Assembly: GCA_030390025.1 (NCBI GenBank)
Contig: CM059432.1
Location: 55,368,001 to 55,432,000, forward strand
Reading direction: 5' to 3'
Length of the DNA stretch: 64,000 nt
Source of the DNA: Squalus acanthias
Taxonomy: Eukaryota
Under the pieces are notes generated by a model. That model searched no databases. It had not been told where the DNA came from and worked only from the letters and a program-made list of their open reading frames with translations. Each line of letters begins with the position of its first letter. Position 1 is the first letter of the stretch. A program made the translations under genes and the position numbers. Below are positions 38,701-53,700 of this stretch, piece after piece.

Positions 38701-41700
38701 AAAACATTTATCTTTCTTCCCTTCTCTCTTTGCGCCCCACCAACAACCTCCAAAAGAAATCATGCATGGGTCTTTCACATCCGGTAGTTTAATCAAAGCC
38801 ACTGCTATTTCTATTTCCCTGACACAATTCTTAATTTGAGCAGACGATTTAAAAACAAAGTTGAGAATCATTTTGAAATAGTGTAGTGTTATGCCCATAT
38901 TCAATTTGCCTATACTGTATTTAATTATATATTGCCTTCAAGGCTAATTTTCATTTCATTAAAATATCTGTTTAGAGGAGTTCAAATATATATTTTTTGT
39001 CTTATTGAATAATATTGTAGGGTCATTGCTGAAGGAAACCGTGCGGACTCTCTTCAGTAATCTAGATTCATCGAAGACGAATAATGAAAGGTACTTGTCA
39101 TGGTTTTAGGATAGTTATGAGGGCACCATTTACATGAACAATTTGGATTAGTGAATAATATAGATAATTGCATATTGTACAGTTGTACTGAATTAACCAT
39201 TCAGCATTGAAACTGTTGTACAGCACGTTGAAATAATTATACATACAGGACATGCTGCTAACTATTCAATTGTGCTAATAAACTTGAGTATTTTGAGGAC
39301 AATAGGACAGTTATCTCATCTCGGGCACTCCAAGCAAACATTCACACCTTAGGGTGTTGAGCTTTGCATGACACTAGTTTCAAAAAGTGGGTACAGGCTT
39401 GATTGCCAACTCTTGACAGGGGGAGGAGTCAGGAACCAAGCCCCAACTTCCTGCAGGACTGGGAACAAGGGAACACAGGCTCACATGTTGAGCGGTCCAA
39501 CTAAAGCTGTGAAGGCAATCAGGTTTTTTGAAACAAAGGTAGCAGGGGGATGCGTTCACTAGGCTGAGAACAAGAATGCAGGAGTGCAGTTGGGAGTTAT
39601 TTTGCTTAAGTCAAGTAAGATGACCCATTGATCTGAGGAAGTTCATTATTTTATTAGATGATGGCAAGTTGTACTGATTGAGCTAAGTAAATCTGATCAT
39701 AACTGTTCACTCACTGAAATAAAGCAGCTTATCGATTTGTATCTGGCCTTCCCTTTCCAGGTATTTTCTCAGTCCGAAGGAGCTTGTATCTGAAAGACGT
39801 GAATGTCCAGTTCAGATCATAAGGGGATACTATTATTACACCCCTGGATTACACTATTGTATTATTAGATGAGTATCCCAGGCACAGCCTTAAATTTAAG
39901 ACGTTCAGATTGCTTATTCCCACTATAGAGAATATCTTCAAGCAAGAACGTAAACTTCTAACATTAATAAACAGCAAAATACTGAAAAGTAGAAGGCTCA
40001 TGTGGAACATAAACACCAGCATGGACATGTTGGGCTGAATGGCCTGTTTCTGTGCTGTAAATACTTTGCAGAACTAGAATGTGTCCACAAATGGGGATAG
40101 TGCAGGAAAGTGGAGATGAGGTAGAAGATCAGCCATGATCTTATTGAATGGTGGAGCAGGCTTGAAGGGCCAAATGGTCCACTCCTGCTCCTATTTCTTA
40201 TGTTAATCTTTTGGAAGGAACAGTCAGGTTCATCTCTGTTGTATGATGAATTGTAGCCTGTGGATGACTGATCCACTTCACCTATGGAGTTTGAATTCTT
40301 TTGCCAAAATTGAAAACTACAGGAAAATCCCATAGTTCTTATTCAGTACAACCTCCGAAGTCACCACAATCAATCCTGACCAATGACACAATATAAGGGA
40401 ATTATTGCAGCCGTGCTAATGAGCAGTTGCTTAAGTCATTTGGGTTCAGTGTAACTGCTAATACTCCAACAGCATACAGTTCAGTTTGCACCCAGAACAA
40501 GCTCCTTAAGTTTCCACATTATCAACCTTGCCTAGTTCCTGCAGGCAGCCAGACTCCAGTCGTCTATTTTGACCTTTAGTGCAGGAAGGCAGCCTCCATT
40601 TTTCCAGTTGTTGCATGGTTACACTACTTCATTTTAAGTGAAATTTTAGAATTGTATATTGATCAAATCTATGTAATAAAAATTGTCACTGTTGTCTCCC
40701 TGTCATCAGTATGTACAGTCTAGGATATACAGTACCAATTCATTTATCTGCAAGAACACTCTTAATGGATTTGTTTCGGAATCAAATGTGACAAGCAAGA
40801 AGTTTTATATAAAAAAAAAAAGGAACCTCTGTTCTGATCTCCATCCCTCACCCCTCAATGTGTCTGATTTATTACTCAAGCTGTTCATCCTTGCCTCTGC
40901 CAGACCTCAATTCTTCTGGGTCTTCTAATTACCAGCGTCAGTTTCCAGGGAGTTCATAGCTGTTCCTTGCCATCACACTCTATTGAGAGGTAGGGCTATC
41001 TGAATGCCCATAGCTTGACCTGAAAACACTATTAAATGTAGTAGGATTGTAGCTGTAATGGGTCATTTCTGCTTATTATATTCATGACCAGATACCTTGC
41101 CAACAACTAGGGAATGGAATGGATGCACACTTAAATGTAAATACTGTATTCCTAGTGGTTTTAATCACCTTCCCTGTATAAATGTAAATTGTAGAGCTGA
41201 TGAAAGTACAGTTTGAGAAATTTGTTTTTATTTTTTAATAATGTGTCAACTTTTATTTCTTCAAAGTGTATCTTTGTCTAATCAGCCAACCATAGCGAAG
41301 AACACTGCAGTTACCCCTGAACTTTCTGTGCAGAAAGAAACCAAGCCAATGAGCAATGCAGACGGAGATCTTCAACAACCAAACATTGTAAGTGTAGGCC
41401 CAAATCAAATACAAGAAACCGTTGCTTCTTAATCCTATTTTTGAGCGGATCAGTTCTTAAACATGCTAATGTTAACTGTTTACATGATAGTCTAGCAGCA
41501 ATACATTTCACATATTGGTGAATCATTCAGCCACTGTCTCCACTTGCATCTACAGCCATTCTGATGGGGCAGTCCATTTAGAGTGGCTCCAATTACTTGT
41601 CTGTAATTTGGCACTTCAAATTGGACTGCATTCGGAAGTGGACATTATTAGTGCTGACAATACTATGAGTACTCTGTTGGTGCTTAAGTTGTGTTTTTAC

Positions 41701-44700
41701 ATGTCCCAAATCAGTAACCAGTCTGGCTTAAAACACTAACTGCCATGAAATGAATAAAGCCACTCCAGGACTTATCAGTAACCTATGTCATTGGACTGGC
41801 TCCAGATGTAGAGATGATCTTCATGGGAGAAAAGTAACTGAGTAAGAGTAAATTGTTTCCTGCAAAAGAGCAGATATGTTCGATAACTTTATGCAAATGG
41901 AGACTACTTTGCACTGAATTACTCAAATCTAGGCTTCCTTTCTCCAGTGATTGGAAGACTTAAAATTATTTTGGAGCAAGATAATTTGGGAGATAAATCT
42001 TGTAAAAAATGGACTGGTGTCAATCTAGAGTGAAATATGTATAGGAAAATAAGAACAAGAGTAGCACTTTAACATGTGCGTTTCAGTGAATTAGTACATA
42101 GAAATTAAATGGAAATGTGGATACAAAATTAAGAAATTTGAAATTAACAGGAAAGTAAACATAACTGCATAAAACACTGGGGATATATGTGAATAAGTGT
42201 ATGTATATCTTCACAGGATGCTGGACAGAAAAGGATTGGAGCCATTTCTTGCACTACATGTGGAATGCTGTATGCAGCTTCTATTCCAGAAGATGAAGCT
42301 CAGCACTTTCAGTTTCACAAGCGTTTTATTAGTGCTGTAAAATATGTGGTAAGCGCATTAGAAGGTATTGTGGTGAGAAGATATTTGCCTACCTAATAGA
42401 GTTTGATTGTCTTAACAGTATAAACTTAATCTCTTACCTTTCAATTTGCCATTCAGAAACATGCCTAAATGTAAAGTGATGATCACTGCTGCTATAACAG
42501 AAGTGTGAAGACTTGTAACTAATTAGTGTGATTGATATAAACATGAGCGTGTGTGATTTTTTTTATTTCTCCCATTAGTACTTGTCTCTCTTTTATGCCC
42601 CACCCCAACCACCAAGTTACTTTGTTACACTCCTTATTCAGGGTCTCGGGGTCGTGAATTCACTCCAGCGGAGAGGCTGACTCATGCAATCTCAAACTAC
42701 CATCAGTGCTGCTCTTGAGCTAGCTGCTAGAATGCATGTCGGAGCAGCCTGCTGAATACTTGTCTTTTTTTTTGCTTCTCTTCCTTTCACCCTTCCAAAA
42801 AAGCAACATCCTTCCAGCTTGGCAAGAATGGAAATTGAGGGATGGAGCAGACTTCAGCCATGTACCCAAATCTTGCCACTTTGCAGTGTCTTAGAGTGCA
42901 TTGTACCATTGTTCTACTCTAGAATCCTTTTGTATTTAAAATACACCAACACTGGAGATGGGGAATGCTTTGAATCTGAAAGGCTTGTGCTTTTTTAAAT
43001 TATCTTTTAAAATTGTAATTTCTGCTATGAAAAGACTAATTCCTCTTTTGCTAAGCCACAAAAATACAATATATTGGAGACAATCGTTGTCTCCTGGATG
43101 GAAGACCCCCCCCCTTCATTGAAGCATGTTGTAAGACTGCCCTTGCGGTTTGGCATCTTTTCCAGTCCTACCTATTGACCCTAATGCTCCAATTTGAATT
43201 AATAAATCCGTGCCAGCTAGGGCCACCACCTTTGTGTCCTGTCACTATATAGGACTGGTACATCGACTAGCTGTACCGCTAGATAGTTCAAACTTTGTTC
43301 AAATACTCTTTCATAATGTGTATCAAGAGGTCATTTTTAAATGTACCTTCTTAAACTCTGATTTTTCAACCAGGGCTGGAAGAAGGAGAGAATTTTAGGT
43401 GAATATCCTGATGGTAAAATAATAATGGTTCTTCCCGATGATCCAAAATATGCCCTGAAAAAGGTAGTTTTGTTTTCTCCTTTATTGCATTTAGCTATTT
43501 TCTGCTTCGTTTATATGCTTTGGCACACTTTACAAGGAAAACCTTCTACAGTACTGGTTCTTGTAAGTTCAGCAAGATTTCAGGAATCCCATAAAATGCT
43601 TATTGTCCATTAAATTATTTTGATTTTAATTTCAAGTGACTTACTAAATGTGATTTATTCCATCTTAACATTGTATATTAAACTAATGTTAAACTATTGT
43701 GCATCCGCTAGAAACACAAGTCCTGTAAACTGTACAAAATTGGAGTCAGTAACTTTGCATAATATGCTGTGAGTATGCTTGGCTGTAGTAAATTAGATCC
43801 TGTATTGAAAGTAGGCTTATTTAAATGCTGTTTGGGACATATTTTTCTTAATTTATACTCACAGATGATTATCAAAACTTTGAAAGTATAGGGCTTGACT
43901 GCTGATTCTGAGGTAAAAACTAAATGCTTGAGGTACACAGCAGGTGAATCCGCATTTGAAACAATGTTTTGATAGAACCTATTTGAGACTAACCTGTCTT
44001 AGTCAAATGCTGATTGAGCTACTGTGTATTCTTTTTATTTTGTGGTTTCTAGCTTGCAAGTTTTTTTTTCTTTTTTTACCTGTATGGGTCCTGAAATCCT
44101 TGTGGCTTTTAAGGTGTACGTAAACATTTTTGAATATCAAAAGAAATTCAATGTGAACGTGCTTGCTTAGGGTTGCTTATGTTATAAGTACTTGGGCATC
44201 ATTAAAGGCTAAATTCAGTAACAGATTTATGAATTAAGACCAGTATATTTACCACAGGTTGAAGAGATTCGAGAGGTGGTTGATAATGACCTTGGGTTTC
44301 AGCAGGCAGAGCTGAAGTGCCCTTCCAGGACAAAAGCACTTCTTTTCATCTCTAATGACCGAAAAGTAGTTGGCTGTTTAATTGCAGAACACATACAGCG
44401 GGTTTGTAATTTTTTAACTTGCTTTGTTTAAAAACCTTATAGAAACTTATATTATTCAATTTGTATCATGAATGTAGTATCTGTGTATAAAAACAAACGC
44501 GTACTACAAACTGTGATGATCCAAGTTGTACATAGCCACATGGGAAGCAATAGCAGAATAAGTCATGTTAATACAATTGTGTTTGTCTCGTGCATGTTTT
44601 TTTTTCCTTCTTTTCCCAACCCTCTAATTAGCCCCATGTATAGTAACTTAAACTGGCAATGTAGTTATTGATCCTCTTCAGATTAAAAAATAGGTCTGCT

Positions 44701-47700
44701 TAGTTCAATGGAAATGAAATCCTTTTGCTGTTTAACTATACAGGGCTTCAGGGTTATAGCAGATAAAGCCACTCAGCAATCATCGAATGATGCAATTATG
44801 CTTGAACGCCAGCGAGCGTGGTGCTGTTCGACCAATCCAGAGCCTGCAATCTGTGGAATAAGTAGGGTATGGGTCTTCAGTATGATGCGGCGGAAGGCAG
44901 TTGCTACAAGAATGACTGACTGCCTTAGGTAAAGAACAAATTTTGTATGTATATATATATTTTGTATGTTTTTATATTTTCTAAATATAGTGGATTTATA
45001 TACAATCTATAGTGTTTCTCCAGCTTCACTAAAAGATAAATGATTTATAATGCGCTTATTCTTCGTTCTTTCAACTGATCACTCTGACATCCAAATCACT
45101 AGCACATCTCCCTTTGAGTTTGGCGCTCTGTAAACTAATTAGGCACTTCTGGCTTCAAAGTGCTATTGCACATTTATATGGCTGGAAATTGTGGTCTGAG
45201 GCGTACCTCTGGAGTGCGCCTCTGACCCATGAAAGATTTACGAAAGTACCTGCTGGCGGCCAGGCTGTGTGAACTTGCAGTCTCCAGCCTCGAGGCGGAG
45301 GGCAGCGTAATGGCCTACGGATCCCAGGGACGCTGGTGGTGCGGAAGCATGCCTGGGATCACGTGGGCCTGGTCCAACAATCAATAAGCAGAATTCCATT
45401 TTAATCATTTCCGAAGGGAATCCCCTAATGAGATGCAATGGAATCCCCAAATCTAATAATTATACAATGTACAGAATTGGAATTTTATTCATAGTTACCT
45501 TCATTCCACCAACCTCACTAAAAATTTAACTTTGATAATTTTACATCATTAAAACTGTAATCCGGGCCTATATTTGCATAAACTCATTTCATAGTGTATG
45601 TGCATAATTTAGGATATGAAAATGTTTAATTAATGGCTTAGATATCCCTTACGCTGAAGCAAACAGGCCCTGCGCCTGCAAATAGCCCAACTCTGCGCCA
45701 GCGATTGCTTTATCATGGCTCCCGCGGAGGGCCTGTCAACAGGTAAGTGCATGTGGAAATCCCAAACTTGCGGTGCATTTCAAAGGGAATACAACAGTGT
45801 ACTCTGAGCCATCATACACACTGCAATTTCAGGGCCATTGATATTAATACCACAATGTTCTAGTAACCTATGTGTAAATTCTTTGCAATACTATAATGGT
45901 TATAGGAGGCCTAGTGTTGCTCCTTGTATATAATTAATGTTAATAAGAAATCTCAATTTTTAAGTTGCAAAAGTGTTAGTATATGACCAGTGTAAGTTTT
46001 TGTGTTGCACATGTGATGTGCTAGTCAGTTTTTAATCTTGCTTGGTTCCATAGTTTTTATGGACTAGTCTTTGTGGCACTAAAGCACCAAACACCATTCA
46101 GTCAGTGTGCTCCCACCCCGAGTGAGAAACAGAACTTGAGCTTAGAACGTGACTAATTGCCGCAGCCGTATTCATATTGAGTCACCGAGAGCTCTTCAGG
46201 AGGCCACTTACAGCTAACCCAATTTATATAATTGTCACCAATACATTTTCAATTATCCAGAGTTTAGTTCAACTAGGAGGTGATCAATATTTCAAATAGA
46301 GGCAAGTGTGCTGTGCGATTGCAACTACAATCTATGCTCACCTCTCTTTTTTTCCCTTGAAGGGTGGCCACATAATTGTATTTGTGTAATTTGATTAGCC
46401 ATAGTTTTTGAGGGACATGTCTGAAACAAATCAGTAAAGGTCCAGGTGATACCATGGTTATGAGGTATGTAAACAAGGATGAGGATGGTCCTCCCACAAC
46501 ACCATTGAAATCTGGAACTAGTGTCAAAACTTTTTTTTTTTGTCTACTGCGTATCTAATGTGTGGATGCCCATCACCACGCTCGTGAATCTCCAAACCAA
46601 ACTACTGCAAAATCTACACAGGTCAAGTTCTTGTTTGCTCAGTATGGAGTGCAAACTTTGTCCCCATCAGGGCACACCCTGGTTACCAAGGCTAGAGAGC
46701 TTAAGTACAGGTTGGCAAGAGCCAAGGCTTAAACCAGTACTGATTTGCGGCTTACCAACGCAGCAATAGTAAGTTTCCTGCTGCTTACCCAGCTCGGACC
46801 ACCCTCCTGTTAATACGCTGGCTGTGTTATTTGTTGCAGAGTTTGAAAAACTCAGTCTTCCGTGACCAGGCTGGTCACTCATTTACAGTGCGCTTGAACA
46901 CTCCATGGTGTTGTGATAGGTATAGTTTGGAGCCGCCTTTTCCTACAACAGTTTCCCTTTTTACCACAAATCTACGTCATTGATCCAGGATGTGGGCCAA
47001 AGGATGCTCCTATGTTCCATGTCAGAGTTCTGAACCAGGAAGGATAAGTGGTTGGGCACATGCCTTTTACACAAGTTTATCCTGCATTGGAACTTTCTAA
47101 TCATTTGAAGAAAGATAAGAAAAACGAAAATGCCCATCACCTCTTCTCGATGGTCCTGAAGGATTGTGTCCAGGCTAATGTTGGCATCCATCCGAAGAAC
47201 CCCAAGCTACCTAATTGGGATAGATGCCACTTGTATCTTCCAGTCAATACTTTTGAAGTCCCCTCTGGAACTGTGCAAAACCATAATACCACATTTGGGG
47301 ATATTTACCAATGTATCCCAGTGGTTAGCGCCATTGTTTAAGATGGCGAGTAGGGAGCTTTAGATCCCTGAGCAAGTCTGCCTAGAACATAATATCCGTG
47401 GAAAGAACCATTGCAGTTAATTTTTGGATGCTTAGAACAGACTCCAAAAAAGTCATTGGATGAAGATATTGAAAAAGGATGCGTGATGGCGAGCAAAATT
47501 GGCTCAGGTCTCTTCTGAAAAATTGGGTTCACTGAACTTCCCATCCATTCTTACTAAAATCTCGGACTTCAATAAACATCCCTAACAAAATCTAGTTTTT
47601 GCCCATATACTCCCATAGCTTTTCGTCTCCTAATGGGAAGTGCATGAGGCACTAATTTGAAGCCGACACCACCTGAGAGATTGGCGGGGGGTGGGCAGCG

Positions 47701-50700
47701 AGCTCTGATCTTACAGCAAAGTCCAGATTTAAAGAAATACTTTATCCAGGGAACTTATTTTCATCTACTCCGATGTTTTGTGTGACATGAAAATGTTTCC
47801 ACGTCTCACCTCATTGGGTGAAGTAGCTTTGTGTGCCTTGCCTGCTCAAAGGAAGGCGGCAGTGGAGTCATGACGTTTACACGTTTGACCAAAGAACAAA
47901 CATCTTGCTGGCTGAGTCTACTTCAGTTAGGTGTCAAATAAACCAACAGGGACAGGGAGTAGAAAAGCCTGTTTGTAGTGTCCAATCACTTTTGAAGGAT
48001 AGAGCTGGAGGTGCACAGCCGTTTGGCCAGAAATCCAATGTGAGCAATATGATGCTAGCCAGGCCACACCCACAGCCTTCGCTGCACATGAATGAGACTG
48101 TGGCAAGAACATACATGCGCATGGTCATCACAAGTGAAGTGGCGAACCTTTGTGAAGGACTCAATGATGTGACAAAAATTAAGCATTTTTTTAATATTCT
48201 TTCTTGGTCACAGCACATAGTGTTAAAATTGGTTATTACTAACTGCAGAGAATATACAGTAATGTTTACTACACCAAAGGCACTGATATACAGCTGTTTA
48301 ATGTTGATCATTGTGGACTAATTAGTGTCAATTGGATTGCTCCTATAACTATCAAATGGCCATTTTCATTGGGGTCATCAAAGTGTTTGGCTTAACCCAT
48401 TGATCTGTTCAAATACAAGCAGGCTGTAGGACTGTTTAGATGTTCCTGTATTTGGGTAGCTGTATTTGGGCAATTGCTGTTTTGAATCCTGCAAGTTGCT
48501 ACCCATGGGTTTGTTGCGTCCACCTGAGGGGCCAGATGGGGCCTCGGTTTAAGGTCTCATCTGAAAAATGGCACCTCAGTCAGTGCAGCACCCCCTCAGT
48601 ACTGCACTGGAGTGTCAGCCTAGATTATGTGCTCCAGTCTCTGGAGTGGGACTTGAACCCACAACCTTCAGACTCACAGGCAAGAGTGCTACTGCTGAAC
48701 CACTGATAACAGCTGTTGAAAAATAAAAATCTTTAACGTACGAAAAGGCCATAAGATGTTTCACAGTAGCTTAATCAGACAAAAATTGACACCGAACCAA
48801 AGAAGGAGATTTTGGGGGTGGCTAGAAGCTTGGTCAAATAAGTAGGTTTTAATGAGGGTGTTAAAGGAAGAGAGAGAGCTGGAGAGTTTTACGGAGTGAA
48901 TTCCAGAGCTTCGGCCCTAGCTGGCTGAAGGCTCGGTCGCCAATGGTGAGGCAAAGGAAATGGGGAGGATGTGTAAGAGGCCAGAGTTGGAGGAACACAG
49001 AGTTCTCGAGGGTTGTAAAGCAGCTGAGGGAGGCTAGAGGAATAGGGAGAGGTGAGGCCATGGAGGGATTTGAACATGAAGATGAGAATTTTACATTTGC
49101 GACATTGGTAGACTGGGAGCCAGTGTCGGTCAGCGAGCCACAGGGGTGATGTGTGAGCAGGGCTTGGTGCCAGTTAGATATGAGTAGCAGAGTTTTGGAT
49201 GAGCTCCAGTTTAGGGAGGGTGGAGAAGGGGATGCCAGCCAGGAGAGCATAGTTGAGTCTAGAGGTATCTAAAGCATGGATGAGGGTTTCAGCAGCAGAT
49301 GGGCTGAGGCAGGGATGGAGACTGGCAAAGTTACAGAGGTGGAAGTAGACGGTCTTTGTGATGGAGAGGATATGGGGTTGGAAACTCCGCTCCAGGTCAA
49401 GTGGGTGCTGAGGTTGCGAACAGTCTGGTTCATCTGGGGAGGGGGGTGGAAGGAACGGAGCTTATGGCGGGAACTAAAGACAATGGCTTTGGTCTTCCCA
49501 ATATTTAGTTGGAGGAAGTTGCAGCTCATACAGGACTGGATGTTCGACAAGCAGGCTGCGGACATCGAGGGAGTTGAGAGAGCTGGGTGTTGTCTTTATT
49601 CGTTCCTTGGATGTCGGTGTCTCTGGCAAGGCCAGCACTTATTGCCTATCCCTAGTTGCCCTTGAGAAGGTGGTGGTGAGCCGCCTTCTTGAACTGCTGC
49701 AGTCCTTGTGGTGAAAGTACTCCCACAGTGCTGTTAGGGAGGGAGTTCCAGGATTTTGACCCAGTGATGATGAAGTAACGGCGATATATTTTCAAGTCAG
49801 GATGGTGTGTAACTTGGAGGGGAACTTGCAGGTGATGGTGTTCCCATGTGCCTGCTGCCCTTGTAGGTGGTAGAGGTCGTGGGTTTGGGAGGTGCTGTCG
49901 AAGAAGCCTTGGTGAGTTGCTGCAGTGCATCTTGTAGATGGTAAACACTGCAGCCATGATGAAGGGAGTGAATGTTTAAGGTGGTGGATGGGGTGCTGAT
50001 CAAGCGGGCTCCACGGACTGCTTCATTATCTGAGGAGTTGCGAATGGAACTGAACACACTGCAATCATCAGCGAACATCCCCACTTCTGATCTTATGATG
50101 GAGGGAAGGTCATTGATGAACCAGCTGAAGATGGTTGGGCCTAGGACACTGCCCTGAGGAACTCCTGCAGCGATGTCCTAGGGCTCAGATAACCATCTTC
50201 TTTGTGCTAGGTATGACTCCAGCCAATGGAGAGTTTTCCCCAATTCCCATTGATTTCAATTTTACTAGGGCTCCTTAATGCCACACTCGGTCAAATGCTG
50301 CCTTGATGTTAAGGGCAGTCACTCTCGCCTCACCTTTGGAATTCAGCTCTCTTGTCCATGTTTGGACCAAGGTTGTAATGAGATCTGGAGCCGAGTGGTC
50401 CTGGTGGAACCCAAACTGAGCATCGGTGAGCAGATTATTGGTAATTGCACTGTCAACAACACTTTCCATCACTTTGCTGATTGAGAATAGACTGATGGGG
50501 TGGTAATTGGCCGGATTGGATTTGTCCTGCTTTTTGTGGACAGGACATACCTGGGCAGTTTTCCACTTTGTCGGGTAGATGCCCGTGTTGTAGAGTTGTG
50601 GACCACCTCTCTTCCAGGTAGTCCAGTATGTCTTGTAAACTTTCAACAAATATGGAAGAATGTTGGGTTCTTTATTGTAGATGTGTCTTTTCTCATCCTT

Positions 50701-53700
50701 TTAAGGAAATGAAGCCTCCTTAAATAAAGCTCTTGCTCAGCATTCTCTTCAATTCTCTTTCTGGTCTGGTGCTGTTTTGAATGTGGTAGATTTTGCTAGT
50801 TGTGCATGCACATTACATTGCTCGAATTCTTACTCTTGACATCCCTGCTGCTTAATTTGGTCAAACGAGTAAGGATGTTATTCAGAAGGAAATCTTATAA
50901 AACATCACCCGAGTAGAATGACAGCACAAGGGCAAAGATAGTTCATGTGACTTTTCATCCAGCGAGGGTGAAAATTCCTCTTTGTATTTGGAAGCTAACC
51001 ACTTTCAAAAGAATTGAGAAAGGCCACACCTAGAATAGATAATCTAATCTAAGCAGTCCCCAAGAAAATGTCTTTGTCATATAGATTGTATGTGTATCAT
51101 CCTCAATGATGGTGGAGCCCAGCACGTGAGTGCAAAAGACAAGGCTGAAGCGTTTGCAACCAACTTCAGCCAGAAGTGCCGAGTGGATGATCCATATCGG
51201 CCTACTCCCAAGGTCCCCACCATCACAGAAGCCATTCTTCAGCCAATTCGATTCACTCCACGTGATATCAAGAAACGGCTGAGCGCACTTGTTACAGCAA
51301 AGGCTATGGGCCCCGACAACATCCCGGTTATCGTGCTGAAACTTGTGCTCCAAAACTAGCCGCGCCTCCAGCCAAGATGTTCCAGTACAGCTACAACACT
51401 GGCATCTATCCGGCAATGTGGAAAACTGCCCAGGTATGTCCTGTCCACAAAAAGCAGGACAAATCCAACCCGGCCAATTACCGCCCCATCAGTCTACTTT
51501 CAATCATCAGCAAAGTGATGGAAGGTGTCATCGACAGTGCGATCAAGCGACACTTACTCACCAATAACCTGCTCACTGATGCCCAGTTTGGGTTCCGCCA
51601 AGACCACTCTGCTCCCGACCTCATTACAGCCTTGGTCCAAACATGGACAAAGGAGCTGAATTCCAGAGGTGAGAGTGACTGCCCTTGACATCAAGGCAGC
51701 ATTTGACCGAGTCTGGCATCAAGGAGCCCTAGTAAAACTGAAGCCAATGAGAATCGGGGAAAACGCTCCACTGGCTGGAGTCATACCTAGCACAAAGGAA
51801 GATGGTTGTGGTGGTTGAAGGTCAATCATCACAGCCCCAGGACATCGCTGCAGGAGTTCCTCAGGGCAGTGCCCTAGGCCCAACCATCTTCAGCTGCTTC
51901 ATCAATGACCTTCCCTCCAACATAAGGTCAGAAATGGGGATGTTCGCTGATGATTGCACAGTGTTCAGTGCCATTCGCAACTCCACAGATAATGAAGCAA
52001 TACATACCCGCATGCAACAAGACCTGGACGACGTTCAGGCTTGGGCTGATAAGTGGCAGGTAACATTCGCGCCACAGAAGTGCCAGGCAATGACTATCTC
52101 CAACAAGCGAGAGTCTAACCACCTCCCCTTGACATTCAATGGCATTACTATCGCCGAATCCCCCACTATCAACATCCTGGGGAGTCACCATTAACCAGAA
52201 ACTTAACTGGACCAGCCACATAAATACTGTGGCAACAAGAGCAGGTCAGAGGCTAGGTATTCTGCGGCGAGTGTCTCGCCTCCTGACTCCCCAAAGCCTT
52301 TCTACCATCTACAAGGCACAAGTAAGGAGTGTGATGGAATACTCTCCACTTGCCTGGATGAGTGCAGCTCCAACAACACTCAAGAAGCTCAACACCATCC
52401 AGGACAAAGCAGCCCGCTTGATTGGCACCCCATCCACCACCTTAAACATTCACTCCCTCCACCACCAGCGTACCGTGGCTGCAGTGTGTACCATCTACAA
52501 GATGCACTGCAGCAACTCGCCAAGGCTTCTTCGGCAGCACCTCCCAAACCCGCGACCTCTTCCACCTAGAAGGACAAGGGCAGCAGGCGCATGGGAACAC
52601 CACCACCTCCAAGTCACACACCATCCTGACTTAGAAGTATATCGCTGATCCTTCATCATCGCTGGGTCAAAATCCTGGAACTCCCTACCTAACAGCACTG
52701 TGGGAGTACCATCACCACACGGACTGCAGCAGTTCAAGAAGGTGGCTCACCACCACCTTCTCAAGGGCAACTAGGGATGGGCAATAAATGCTGGCATGGC
52801 CAGCGATGCCCTGATCCCACAAATGAATTAAAAAAAATGTTAAATGAGTACATAAAAATGAGCTGGGCCCACAGCTGCCAAATGTGCAACTGAAATCAGT
52901 GGAACATTGGATGCCAGTGTTTGGCAGATGTTTGTGTGATGGTCAAAATACATAGGTTAAGAAAGTAACTAAAATTAGACATGAGTGGCTCCAAGTAAAC
53001 ACAGTCAGCTGCTAAAGTTCAGTAAGAGTTTCAATGACTTGAAAGAAAAATAGCTTTATTTCCAGTAAGATAAATATCTTCACACTTGTGTAGTTGTCCA
53101 AAGCAAAGAAGATGGCATGGTGATCTTATTTAAAAACTGCACTGACCATCTATACAGATGATTCAAAGCCGATGAGTAGAGCCACGTTGGCTTAATATTA
53201 AGTGACTACCGTCAATTATTAGTAAATTATAAGTGAGCAATGCAGTTGGTTGAAAGAATTGTCTATTAATCAGTTATGGTAAAGAGAAATTACAGCTGTG
53301 TAAAGACACATGAAAGAAAGAAAGACTTGCATTTATATAGCGCCTTTCACGACCACCGGAAGTCTCAAAGCGCTTTACAGTCAATGAAGTACTTTTGAAG
53401 TGTAGTCACTGTTGTAATGTGGGAAACACGGCAGCCAATTTGCACACAGCAAGCTCCCACAAACAGCAATGTGATAATGACCAGATAATCTGTTTTTGTT
53501 ATGTTGGCTGAGGGATAAATATTGGCCCGGACACCGGGGATAACTTCCCTACTCCTCTTCGAAATAGTGCCATGGGATCTTTTGCGTCCACCTGAGAGCA
53601 CAGACGGGGTCTCGGTTTAACGTCTCATCCGAAAGACAGCACCTCCAACAGTGCAGCACTCCCTCAGCACTGCACTGGAGTGTCAGACTAGCTTTATGTG

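Noticed and set aside
46170..46202. Minus-strand CTGAAGA as another hammerhead
   Set aside because: No convincing stem II followed by GAAA.
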